Origin: Pristiophorus japonicus
Lineage: Eukaryota
Assembly: GCF_044704955.1 (NCBI RefSeq)
Contig: NC_091984.1
Location: 145,762,001 to 145,826,000, forward strand
DNA length: 64,000 nt
Direction of reading: 5' to 3'
Shown here in pieces: positions 12,315 to 23,329 of this stretch (positions within the stretch are counted from its first letter, which is position 1; each line of letters begins with the position of its first letter). The position numbers and the translations under genes were made by a program. Below the pieces are notes generated by a model. That model was not told where the DNA came from. It searched no databases and worked only from the letters and a program-made list of their open reading frames with translations.

Positions 12315-13162
12315 GGTAGCACCAGCTTTCTGGCCATTTTTATGAGCAATACTTTAAATCCTTAAATGCAAAAGCCCAAGAAAGAACTGTCCTGTTTGGC
12401 AAGCTTGTGGGGGTGGCACTGAGGTGCATTCATATACAACCGGACATTTCACACTGACAGGCTGGGTGGCAGGGAACCCAGGCCCATTGATGTCATCACC
12501 ATCTAAAGTGATTACTGGGAACAATACCCCGAGAGGTAACTCAGAGACACTGTGCCTTCGCATTATTAAAGCACAGTCACCACTCAGTCCCAACCCAAAC
12601 TGGTGCAAGGCAGGAAATGGCCGGCCCATTGTCTTCCAGGAGATAAGCCGGTTAAGCAAGATCGGTTTGTGATCGAAACCCATTACCTGCTAATGGGGGC
12701 CATCAACTCAGGAAACGACAGACATCCAGTAATCAGCACCCATTGTCTCTCCAGAGGCAAGGCCTGGGAGCGGGAAAACAAAATATAATTTTTCACAAAG
12801 ATTTCAAAGGCTACGAGGCACTCCAGGCCACGGTGGGGGGCGTCCAGACAGATCACCGGAGTCAATCCATCGGTCAGTATTGGCGGGAGGAAAGGTGATG
12901 GGTTTTCGGGATATAAGGAGCCGCTTTGCAACGGTCTGAAGTTATCTTCATTCAATGAAACACCGCTAGATGCTGAACACTGCTCTTCAATCCTCACCAA
13001 CTGACCTCGACTCAAACTGGAACTTGGATTCTGCATCGGTGGTACGGAACCAGGAGCGAGACGTTCAGGAAGAAGCTGCAAGCAAGACAACGGGCAATCC
13101 GTGTGAGCATATTGCCTGCGCCTACACATCCGCAAGACCACTTAGCTGTGTGAGGGGGTGAT

Positions 13163-13411
13163 TGTAAGTCCCAACCAAACCCAAGGGGTTTACTGCTGGG
13201 GGGTCCTGTGTTAGTTTATTTCACGGGAGGGTTCTTTTATTAATCCATGGTAACTTAGCACGGCAGGGCTTATTGGACAAGCCAGGGTTGTACCGTTTTG
13301 CACTGTTTATGTGTGGTGTTGTTAATCTTATAAAACATAATACGGTTGAGCCCGAATAATCCCTATCATCCAGAACTTGCATTTTCGGTACGCCCGAAAA
13401 AAGCACCTACA
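13163..13411 (+). repeat. 5' LTR of element B (TGTA...TACA)
   Basis: Starts after the purine-rich gagggggtgat, ends 5 nt before the PBS, and is homologous to 19624-19915. Confidence 0.8.
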
Positions 13412-13416
13412 GATAT

Positions 13417-13434
13417 TGGCGACCGCGGCAGGAC
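13417..13434 (+). promoter_or_regulatory. Primer-binding site complementary to tRNA-Arg(TCG)
   Basis: TGGCGACCGCGGCAGGAC is the reverse complement of GTCCTGCCGCGGTCG-CCA, the recalled 3' 18 nt of vertebrate tRNA-Arg(TCG). Confidence 0.85.
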
Positions 13435-13470
13435 GATAAGTTTTGTGTCGGATCATGGGCAAGACCCGAA

Positions 13471-15089
13471 ATGGAGGATAGGATTTTCTCCGACATGTTC
13501 AATAAGATTAACATGTCTCAGCCATGGGTGCTGGCGATGCTGTGCTCTGAGAATCCCCAGGATAGGGATGCAGAGTGGACAGGTAGCAGGGATCACAGCA
13601 AATCAAAGGAAAAAGTGATTTGGCTCCTGTGTCTGCAGAAGCAAGTTCAACTGTTCAGGAAGCAGGTTGAAAAGCTCGGGAATGAGCTTAAAGGGTCTGA
13701 GGATAGGTCACACATGAGGGAGATAGTCGGGAGCAGAGTATTAGAGGAACTGCACGGGGAAAGGCAAAAAGACGTGAGCAAGAGGAGACCTCCGTTAACA
13801 TGGTGGAATACCCACAGTGTCAGGTTACAGAGGCCAAGGTAAATGAGCAGGCCCTACGGGAGGAGAATGTGAGGCTAATAGCGAAAGTTGGCAGCTTGGA
13901 GGGTCAGCTAAGGGATATAAAGATAGTTTATAAAGTAGCCAGGAGTAGAGGCTATGAGGAAACAGATCACGGATCCTGTAAGGAAAGGATCCAAAAATTG
14001 AGCCAAGCCTTGTCTGGAGCCAGAGGTTTGGCCTGTTTAATGTCACCGGGGGAAACCGGGGTAGACTGGGACAAGGAGGGTCAGGAGCCTGATGATAGGG
14101 CTCAGGATAGGGAAGTCCGACCGTTGCCGGAAGTACCACCGACACCAATGTGTCCTCTGCGGCAGCAGAAGTTTGGTCCACCCACACCAAACGGTGAGCA
14201 GGGCCCACTGCAGAGCGATTACGTGGTCCCGTACACAACCCCTCAGCTGCAAGTCACGCTAGCAGGGACCCCTCAGTTCACTTTATGGAAGTAGAACAGG
14301 TAGGGGGGGTCAACGGATGTGTGAGGGCGAGATCAACAGGCTGATTCTGTCCTCCCTTGATTGGAGATTGTATCAGGGCTTATCCGCACCCACAAAGTGA
14401 GTAGAAGGCACCATAGAGGGGCTGAAAGACGAGACCCTGAGGGCCATGGGGCATACCCAGGGTAGCCCGTTCTTACAGGTAGAACGGTCGAGACAGCTGG
14501 CCGGCGAGGCACTAGATGCATTCGCGGACAGGTGATGGCCTGTGGACGTAAAGTCAACTGGAGAGACGCTCGACTGCACACAGTTGATAGGGACCCCAGG
14601 AATCACTGGCTCAGGGTCCTTGTGGCCAACAGCTTGCCAAGAATCAGGGCCAGAGCAGAAGCGTAGTTTGACCCCAAGAACCTCGCCAATATGGAGACAG
14701 GCATGCTCAGAAAGCTGAGTCCAGCCTTTAAGACCGATTCCGGGAAAGAGGTCAAATCAAATGGAAGGATCCACGAAATGAAAGCCAGTGAGGGTAATAG
14801 GAAGGAATGGCGACAGGAAGGGGTAGTACCGACAAGTCCAGGACTTGTTTCGGGTGTGGGAAGCCGGGACACTGGAGGCGAGGCTGCCCATTCCCAAAAG
14901 GGGAAGGGGGCCAGACCGAGGGGGTCCTCCAGTGCAAAAGCCGCGTGTTACAGAGGGGGAGGGGACGACCAACGAGTCATTCGAGTTTCTGGTGGCTGCC
15001 CGACGGAAGGTTATGGGAAGAACAGAGACAAGTTAGATGCTGCTGTGAGCAGGGAAATGCCCATCACACCCATATGCCCCCCACCCTGA
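13471..15089 (+). pseudogene. gag: gag of element B (coiled-coil N-terminal half, single CCHC knuckle), frameshifted
   Basis: ORFs 13471, 13800 and 14807; CFGCGKPGHWRRGC. Confidence 0.8.
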
Positions 15090-15099
15090 TTAGAACCCG

Positions 15100-18000
15100 C
15101 CCAGCCTGAGTACCTGTGTCCACTCACGTACAATAGTGGGGCAGTCTCTGGGTAAAGATGTGGATGGAGACGGAGCAGGGGAAATATTTGGTGAGCACCG
15201 GGGCTTCCAGCACGGTGGACCATTCAACAAACCCGACCAATTCACCCTGGTCCAGCATGGTGGACCATTCAGCCTCGTGGGGTTCATGGGGATCGAGCAG
15301 GCTGGGGCAATCTCAAAACCCCTGGCCATAGAACTAGGATCTCTCCATAGCACGTGGGAGTGCATCCTGATGCAATGGGAACAGTCCGGATCGGGAGTCC
15401 TTGGGGCTGACTTTATGTTGGCCCACCGAGTGATTGTGGTTTTAAGGAATCACTGCCTATGGGGGGCAGTGGGTTCAGATAAAGCCGGAGGTGACAGTGA
15501 TCCCAAGGAAGGGGTAGTGTGGTAGTATGGAGCCCAAGGGGAATTACGGCCTAGAGCAGCTGGTCTGTAATACCCCGGCCAACTATCCGGCGAACGTGTG
15601 GGACAACCTCGCCTCGTTCACCACTCACCAACACGACTGTGGCAGGGTGACGGGGTAGAAGTCAGGGTACAAGGGGACCCCATGTCACGGCCACAGAAAC
15701 AGTACAGCTTCCCCAGAGAGGCAGAAGCCGACTTGGAGACGGCACTGGGATCCCTGGAACAGGAGGTGTTGAGGCCGATAGCCAGCCAGGTAAACTCACC
15801 ACTTTGGCCAGTTACGTAGCCCGACCAGTCGTGGAGAACCACCGTGGAATATCGGGTGCTCAATAAAAATATCCCAGCCTGCTCCCACAGTCGCGGCTGT
15901 TGCTGACCTCAGAGGGAGCATTCCAGCGGCCGCAACCACTGTCACAGTGCTGGATATCTTCATTGGGTTCTGCTCCATTCTCCTTAAACGGGAAGACCTG
16001 CATAAGTTTGCATTTACATTTAAAGGGAAGCAGTACACCTGGACATGCCTTCCCCAGGGGTCCCACAACAGCCCCTCCATATTCCACCAGTGTATGGCAG
16101 ATGCACTCAAAGGCTTCAGCCGACCCCAGCAGCTAATCCAGTATGTGGACGACTTGCTTTTGTTCTCCGTGGAGCGGGAGGAGCACAGGCCACTGCTGGA
16201 TGAGCTGTTGAGGCTGTTGCGGGAGACAGGGTTTAAAGTGAACCCAAAGAAAGCCAGATCAGCCGGGAGGAAGTCAAATCCCTCGGGCTGACCGTAAGGG
16301 CTGGTGAGCGAGCGATCGATGAGGCAAAGAGGAAGGCAGTACAGGAGTTACCCGCCCCCAAGGATGTAACCGGGGTAAGATCCTTCCTGGGACTGACAGG
16401 GTACTGCCGGGACTTTATAGAGGGGTACGTCGCCACGGCAGCCCCTCTGCTTCGGCTCCTCCGCAAGGGAGTCGGGTGGGAGTGGGACCAGAACTGTCAG
16501 GAAACGTTCAGCCGCCTCAAGGAGAATTTACAGATGGCGCCCGCACTGGGAGCCATTAACAGGATTGAGGAATTCTTTCTGGAGGTAGCAGCCAGCGGGG
16601 ACAGCTTGAGCGCGGTGTTGCTCCAGGAGCGGCACGGCAAGCTCGACCCGTGGTCTACTCCTCTAGGGTTCTCACTGAAGTAGAACAGGGATACTGTAAC
16701 TGTGAGAGGCATCTCCTAGCCACGCACTGGGCCGTAAAGTGCTCCCAGCTCTTTACAGGATCATCCCTGATCGTTCTACTGACCCAACACACCCCCAGCC
16801 AGATGTTGTTAGACGGGAGGATAAAGGATAGAACAGTAAGCCGTGACTGCATTGCCCGCTGGACTTTATTGCTCTCGCAGATGAATCTGAGAGTGCAGGG
16901 GTTGACCGAGCCAAAGCTGGCTGTGAATTTAATCTACCCAGGGACGGCCCATGCATGTACTGTGGAAGAGGTGTGGGACGTAGATGTGGGATTCCGGGGC
17001 CAGGATACACCCGACAGGTCGGGAGATCTACGTAGACGGGTCCAGCGTCTCACTGGGTGTGGGATTTATGACCCCACGGCTAAGGTAGCGAGAGCCACTA
17101 AACTCCCCAGGACCCTGAGCACTCAGCACGTCAAACTGTCGGCGGTGGAGTACGTGGTTATCCATCCCGACGAGTTCCCCACCCCCTATACCATCCGTTG
17201 GGATTCCATGTTCACCTGTAATTCGTGCAATGAGTACTTGGCCATCTGGGCTCGGCGCGACTTCAAGTCTGCAGACGGGAAGCCCCTAGCAACAGCACCG
17301 TTGCTAGGGGGAATTTTAGAGGTTACGGGCACCCGGGGAGATTACTACATACACAAGTTTAAAGCCCAATTCAAAGACAGAGCCCAAGGAGGAGGACAAC
17401 CAAAGGGCAGACGAGCTGGCCAATCAGGGGGCCAGGGAAGGGGTATTCTGGGATCCGTACAGAGCAGGTCCAGTAGCAGCAATCTGGGACAAGGGAGGCA
17501 CACAGCGGGTAGCTTTGGCCCCGCACTTAAAGCAAGTCCAAGCACAGTATCCCATCCTTGTACAAAGGGGGAACGGCAAACCGGTAGAGGGTCCCAACAA
17601 GTATGGCTTAGTCCTGGTGGACGGATTCTCCCAGTGGGTGGAGGCCTTCCCATGCCGAGCAGCCACGGCACTAGCAACAGCAAGGATCCTGGTGAGGGAA
17701 GCGTTCTCCCGATGGGGACTGCCACAGGTCGTGGAGTCCGACCAAAGGAGCCATTTCACGGGGCAGGTGATGCAGGCCACCTTCAAACATCTGGGAATAC
17801 AAGGGAAGTGGCATGTGGCTCACAACCCCCAGTCATCGGGGATTGTGGAGCACATGGACCGGACACTGAAAGAAAGACTGAGGAAGGAGATAGGGCCGTT
17901 CCCACAGAGATGGGACGAGGTCCTGCCATTGGTATTAATGGGTGTCCGGGCCAGCCCCTCCAGAAGCACAGGGTACTCCCCACATGAGGTCATCACCGGG

Positions 18001-18406
18001 AGGGTTATGTGCACCCAACCCATGTGTTGGTGCCGGTCCTCACAGAAGCTCAGGTCAGGGAGGTAAACCGGGACAGGTTTGTCCAATCTGTTTGAGGTTT
18101 TAAAACAGATTCACTGGCAGGCAGCCAGTAACCTGGGGAGCCAGCACCGGGAAACATCGGTTGCTGCTCGAGCCCCGGAGAAGCCACGAGTGGAAAGTGG
18201 GAGACCAGGTAATGTTCAGGAACTGTACCCAGGTGGGGGCATTCGAGCCACTGTACATGGGGCCTTATAACATCGTAGATAAGGCCAGCCCCATGGTATA
18301 TGCAGTCAGACTCCGGAAACGCACAAAATGCTGTCACATCAACCAGTGTAAGTTGTTTAACCCCGAGGGGAGAAGTCAAAGGCAAAGAGAAATCAGGGCA
18401 CGATAA
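15100..18406 (+). pseudogene. pol: pro-pol of element B, disabled
   Basis: Protease YLVSTGAS (catalytic D replaced by S) and LGADF. RT NSPLWPV, LPQGSHNSP, YVDDLL. Tether/RNase H-like YSSRVL..YCNCERHLLA. Second RNase H IYVDG..DS..WARRDFKSADGKPL. Integrase VDGFSQWVEAFP, ESDQ, PQSSGIVE and GPY. Confidence 0.9.
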
Positions 18407-19623
18407 TGAGCCTGGTGGACGCGGGTCTTCCTCCCATGGTGTAGGATGATGATGATGACCCAGAGGGCGGGGCAGTAAGGAGAAACAGTCGGATACCACG
18501 GCATAGGGCGCCGTGGACGCCTCCTTACTCACGGGCCATGAGACACAAGAGGCCCCAACAGGAGAGATTTTAACCGGGGGCACTCGATAACGCAGAACGA
18601 ACGGTATATATATGTAAATAATGAAAGCCCGACCTGTGGAGGGGAAAAGCGTTCACTCACAGGTGGTGCTGTATCTGTTTGTCTTAATCAGGAAATCAGA
18701 AGAAACGGGAGCCCGGGTGTAATTGATCAGTAATGGACCCACAATGCACCTCCCGCAGCAGAAGACGACGGAATTCGAGATATTTCTGGTTTTGGTTACA
18801 AAATATCATCAGGGCGATTATAGCACCAGCTTTCTGGCCATTTCTATCAACAAAACTTTAAACCCTTAAATCCAAATCCCCAAGAAAGAACTGTCCTGTT
18901 TGGCGAGCTTGTGGGGGTGGCACTGAGGTGCATTCATATACAACCGGACATTTCACACTGACAGGCTGGGTGGCAGGGAACCCAGGCCCACTGATGTCAT
19001 CACCATCTAAAGTGATTACTGGGAACAATACCCCGAGAGGTAACTCAGAGACACTGTGCCTTCGCATTATTAAAGCACAGTCACCACTCAGTCCCAACCC
19101 AAACTGGTGCTAGGCAGGAAATGGCCGGCCCGTTGTCTTCCAGGAGATAAGCCGGTTAAGCAAGATCGGTTTGTGATCGAAACCCATTACCTGCTAATGG
19201 GGGCCATCAACTCAGGAAACGACAGACATCCAGTAATCAGCACCCATTGTCTCTCCAGATGCAAGGCCTGGGAGTGGGAAAACAAAATATCATCTTTCAC
19301 AAAGATTTCAAAGGCTATGAGGGGTGGGGAGATTGTCCTGACAGATCACCGGAGTCAATCGATCGGTCAGTATTGGCGGGAGGAAAGGTGATGGGTTTTG
19401 GGGATATAAGGAGCCACTTTTCAACAAGCTCCAGCTCAGGAGGAAGAAAGCTCCGGAAAAAGCCCAGGACAAAGCTCAGGAAAAGCCCAGGAAAAATCCC
19501 AGGAAAAAGCTCAGGAGCGAGACGTTCAGGAAGAAGCTGCAAGCAAGATAAAGGGCAATCAGGGTGAGCATATTGCCTGCGCCTACACATCCACAAGAAC
19601 ACTTAGCTGTGTGAGGGGGTGAT

Positions 19624-19915
19624 TGTAAGTCCCAACCAAACCCAAGGGGTTTAGTGCTGGGGGGGTCCTGTGTTAGTTTATTTCACGGGAGGGTTCTTTT
19701 ATTAAGCCGTGGTAACTTAGCACGGCAGGGCTAATTGGACAAGACAGGGTTGTACTGTTTTGCACTGTTTATGAGTGGTGTTGTTAATCTTATTGAACAC
19801 AAAACGGTTGAGCCCGAAAAATGTATGCCCGAGTCTGATCTGTCCATATAATCCCAATCGTCCAGAACTTGTAGTAGGAGGTGCGTTTTCGTTATGCCCG
19901 AGAAAACCACCGACA
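19624..19915 (+). repeat. 3' LTR of element B
   Basis: tgtaagtcccaacc...ccaccgaca after the PPT gagggggtgat; not followed by a PBS. Confidence 0.8.
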
Positions 19916-20398
19916 GACTCCTCCTCAGTGCTGCCCCTCCGACAATCCAGCACTCCCTCAGTACTGCCCCTCTGACAGTGTGGCACTCCCTCAGTACTGC
20001 CCTTCGAACAGTGCTGCGCTCCCTCAGTACTGCCCCTCCGACAGTGCGGCATTCCCTCAGTACTGTGCCTCTGACAGTGCTGCATGCCCTCAGTACTGCC
20101 CCTCCGACAGTGCGGCACTCCCTCAGTACTGCCCTTCCAACAGTGCTGCGCTCCCTCAGTACTGCCCCTCTGACAGTGCGGCATTCCCTCAGTACTGTGC
20201 CTCTGACAGTGCTGCACTCCCTCAGTACTGCCTCTTCGCCAGTGCGGTACTCTCTCAGAACTGCTCCTCCAACAGTGCAGTACTCCCTTACTACTATCCC
20301 TCCGACAGTGCAGCACTCCTTCAGTCCTTCCCCTCCAACAGTGCAGCACTCCCTCAGTACTACCCCTCTGACAGTGCAGCACTCCCTCAGGACTGCAC
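19916..20398 (+). repeat. 33-bp minisatellite (cactccctcagtactgcccctccgacagtgcgg), about 14 copies, derived from the DeuSINE
   Basis: The unit matches the SINE segment at 23076-23110 and runs into a SINE head at ~20390-20500. Confidence 0.9.
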
Positions 20399-21819
20399 AG
20401 CAGTGTATGTCTTTATTTTACACTCAGATCCCTGGAGTGGGGCTTGAACCCACGATACAACATTGCATCACTGGATGCTGCACAGTCTGAGCTGTGAGTC
20501 ATATCCCGACCTCAGTTGGAACAGCTAACTCAGAACAAACAACAACAGCAACTTTTATACAGCACCTTTAACACAGTAAAACTCCCCGATTGCTTCACAG
20601 GAGCGTTATAGAATAAAGATTGACAGCGAGCAATGTAAGGAGACATTGAAAATTGCAGCTCAGTCAAATTGTGAGGGAAATTGGCAGTGCTGTCTTCATA
20701 CCAAAAGGGGGAGATGTTGGTTCTGAAAAGGCCAAATATTTGGACAATTTCTGTGTCACTCAATTGATTGGTTTGTAAAAGCCGTTTGTACCAAACCTCC
20801 AGTCAGGTTTGCAGAATCATTTCCAGTTCCCCACATGTCATTTGATGGTGGATCTCAGCATGTATCTCCTCGTCCGCTCGGGAGGCGGTGTCTCAGACCG
20901 ATTGGCGGGTCAGCAGCCACTCCGCACTGCAGCGAGCATCGGCAGGTCATTCCACTGTGGGAGGCCTCACCGCGGAGCTCGGTGCACGGGGTATATCCAC
21001 ACAGAGACGCTCTGCCACCAGGTACAGCAGCAACAACCTGCATTGCTACAGCAACTGGAACATTAGAACCACATCCCGAGGCAGCTGACAGAGGTGTAAT
21101 CTGGTCAATGTGGTGATGAGCCAAAGGGGGAGGGGCTGGGAGGGTGATCAAAACCCTCAGTCACAGATTGGGTTTGAAGGGAGGTCTTCAAAGAGGAGAG
21201 GGGTGGAGTGGCAGAGAGGTTTAGGGAGCAGGGAGTTAGGGCCCAGGCAGCGAAGGCACGGCCCCCAATGGAGGGGGAAGGGAAGGGGGGATGGATAAGA
21301 AGCCTGAGCCAGATACAGCGGCCCCTGAACACAACAACAACTTGCATTTATATAGTGAGTGTTGTGACAATGACAGGCAGTGAGAATATAAACCTGATAA
21401 TGTAACACAGTATTTGCAGCACTTGACACTGTGGGGAAAGCTTGTAATTTTAAATCCATGAGCTGTACATAAGCGAGAGCAGGACCTGTTTGTGGCCGGT
21501 GCGGAGATCACCACTTACAGAAGGTAGTTACTGCAGGGAATTCAGGGCCACAGTGACCTCCTGGACTAGTTTCCATCGCCTGGGGGGGAGCGGGGGGCGG
21601 TCGGAGAGGAGTTTCCCAGATTTATTTCCCCCAATGGGTTTTTTCCCTGGTTTTTCTCCTCTCCCAGATCATCAGGTAGTTTTGGGTGGGGTGGAGAGTC
21701 TATACTGTGATACACAAGGTATCACAATTGTGTGGGACGGGCTGGATGGACCACAGGGTCTTTACCTGTCCGTCACTGTACGCGGGTTTGGGTTTCAAAG
21801 ATGTGAAGCTGAATTGGAA

Positions 21820-23215
21820 AGAAAGACTTGCATTTGTATAGCGCCTTTCACCACCTCAGGACGTCCGAAAGCGCTTTACAGCCAATGAAGTACTTTTGAA
21901 GTGTGGCGACTGCAGTAATGGAGGAGACACGGCAGAGAATTTGTGCACAGCAAGCTCCCATATGTGTATGAACAGATAATGGGCCCAAATTGCATATCGC
22001 CCCGGTTGGGGCAGTAACTTTTCCCATGCCCAAATCACGCCCCGGAATCGAAATTGGAGTCACGGCCCCTGACAGGTAGTGAAGCGCTGCACTTCCCCTG
22101 GAGTTAGGCTCGGTGGGGGGGTCGAGTGTCAGGCTGCATCATCGCGGCAGCGACCCTGTCACATCAGCACAGAAAGGCCCGAACGGTAAGTCGGCAAAAA
22201 CAAATGGCGGGACGCGGCGGCGTGTACCTCCCGGTAAGTTTCACCCCGCGAGTGAAGTGCGGCCTGGTTCATGACCCACAGGCCTGGCGCAGACACAGCT
22301 CACGGGACTAGGACTCGGCTCACGGGGCACGGACTCGGCTCACGGGGAGTGGACACGGCTCACGGGGCACGGACTCGGCTCACGGGGCACGGACACGGCT
22401 CACGGGGCTCGGACTCCGGACACGGCTCACGGGGAGCGGACTCGGCTCACGGGGCACGGACTCGGCTCACGGGGAGCGGACACGGCTCACGGACGGCTCA
22501 CTGGGCGCGGACACGGCTCACGGGGAACGGACACAGCTCACGGGGCTTGGACACGGCTCACGGGGAACGGACTCGGCTCACGGGGCTTGGATACGGCTCA
22601 CGGGGAACGGACACAGCTCACGGGGAACGGACACGGCTCACGGGGAACGGACACAGCTCACGGGGCTTGGACACATCTCACGGGGAACGGACACAGCTCA
22701 CGGGGAACGGACACGGCTCACGGGGAACGGACACAGCTCACGGGGAACGGACACGGCTCACAGGGCTTGGACATGGCTCACGGGCGCAGCCACGGCTCAG
22801 TGGGCGCTATCCATTTCACCCCCCGCACCACCCCCCTTCCCGGGGAAGACAATGTCACACCCCGTCAGCGCCCCCCGGAGGCACTAAATGCAGACACACA
22901 GAGGGGGAATTTCATAAAGCAATCTGATTTTGTGATGTTAATTGAGGGATAAATATTGGCCAGGACACCGGGGAGAACTCCCCTGCTCTTCTTCAAAATA
23001 GTGGCATGGGATCGTTAACAGCCACCTGAGAGAGCAGACAGGGTCTCGGTTTAATCTCTCGCCTGAAAGACGGCCCCTCCGACAGTGCGGCACTCCCTCA
23101 GTACTGCACTGGAACTGTCAGTCTCGATTTTGGAGCTTAGTCTCTGGAGTGGGACTTAAACCCACAACCTTCCGACTACAGAGGCAAGTGTGGTGCCCAT
23201 TGAGTCACAGCTGAC
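21820..23215 (-). mobile_element. SacSINE1-like tRNA-derived DeuSINE, interrupted by an insertion at ~21980-22920
   Basis: A/B-box head (tgtgactcaatggg...gggtttaagtccc), Deu core gatcccatgccactattttgaagaagagcagggg, and an L2-like tail. Confidence 0.8.
22290..22798 (+). repeat. 20-bp GC-rich minisatellite (cacggggaacggacacggct), about 25 copies
   Basis: Direct tandem units, inside a GC-rich insertion that splits the SINE. Confidence 0.9.
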
Positions 23216-23329
23216 TGGTCCATCCACAGAGTTCGCCCTCAGTGGGGTGAACAAATCCAGAAATTATGGCCTGAATGATGTAGGCTAGGCCGTTACTTGC
23301 TTTTCTATAGTTTTAAGTTTATTTCTGCT

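Larger units (their letters stand above)
12317..19915 (+). mobile_element. Retrovirus-like LTR element B (gag-pro-RT-tether-RNase H-IN plus an unknown 3' region), preceded by a second copy of its own 3' end
   Basis: Direct repeat 12317-13411 versus 18821-19915, PBS, and retroviral pol motifs (see sub-features). Confidence 0.9.

Noticed and set aside
16650-17987. 445-aa novel protein
   Set aside because: It is a read-through of frameshifted pol pieces (tether, RNase H, then off-frame integrase)
19717-20490. 188-221-aa ORFs over the 33-bp array (also 22271, 47359)
   Set aside because: Open in several frames because the repeat units lack stops; no other sign of coding
20809-21066. GC-rich unique stretch as an exon
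   Set aside because: No recognisable protein in any frame and no convincing splice acceptor/donor pair
19916-22798. CRISPR-like arrays (33-bp and 20-bp repeats; also 31334, 47387)
   Set aside because: Head-to-tail units with no unique spacers, no cas genes, and vertebrate context
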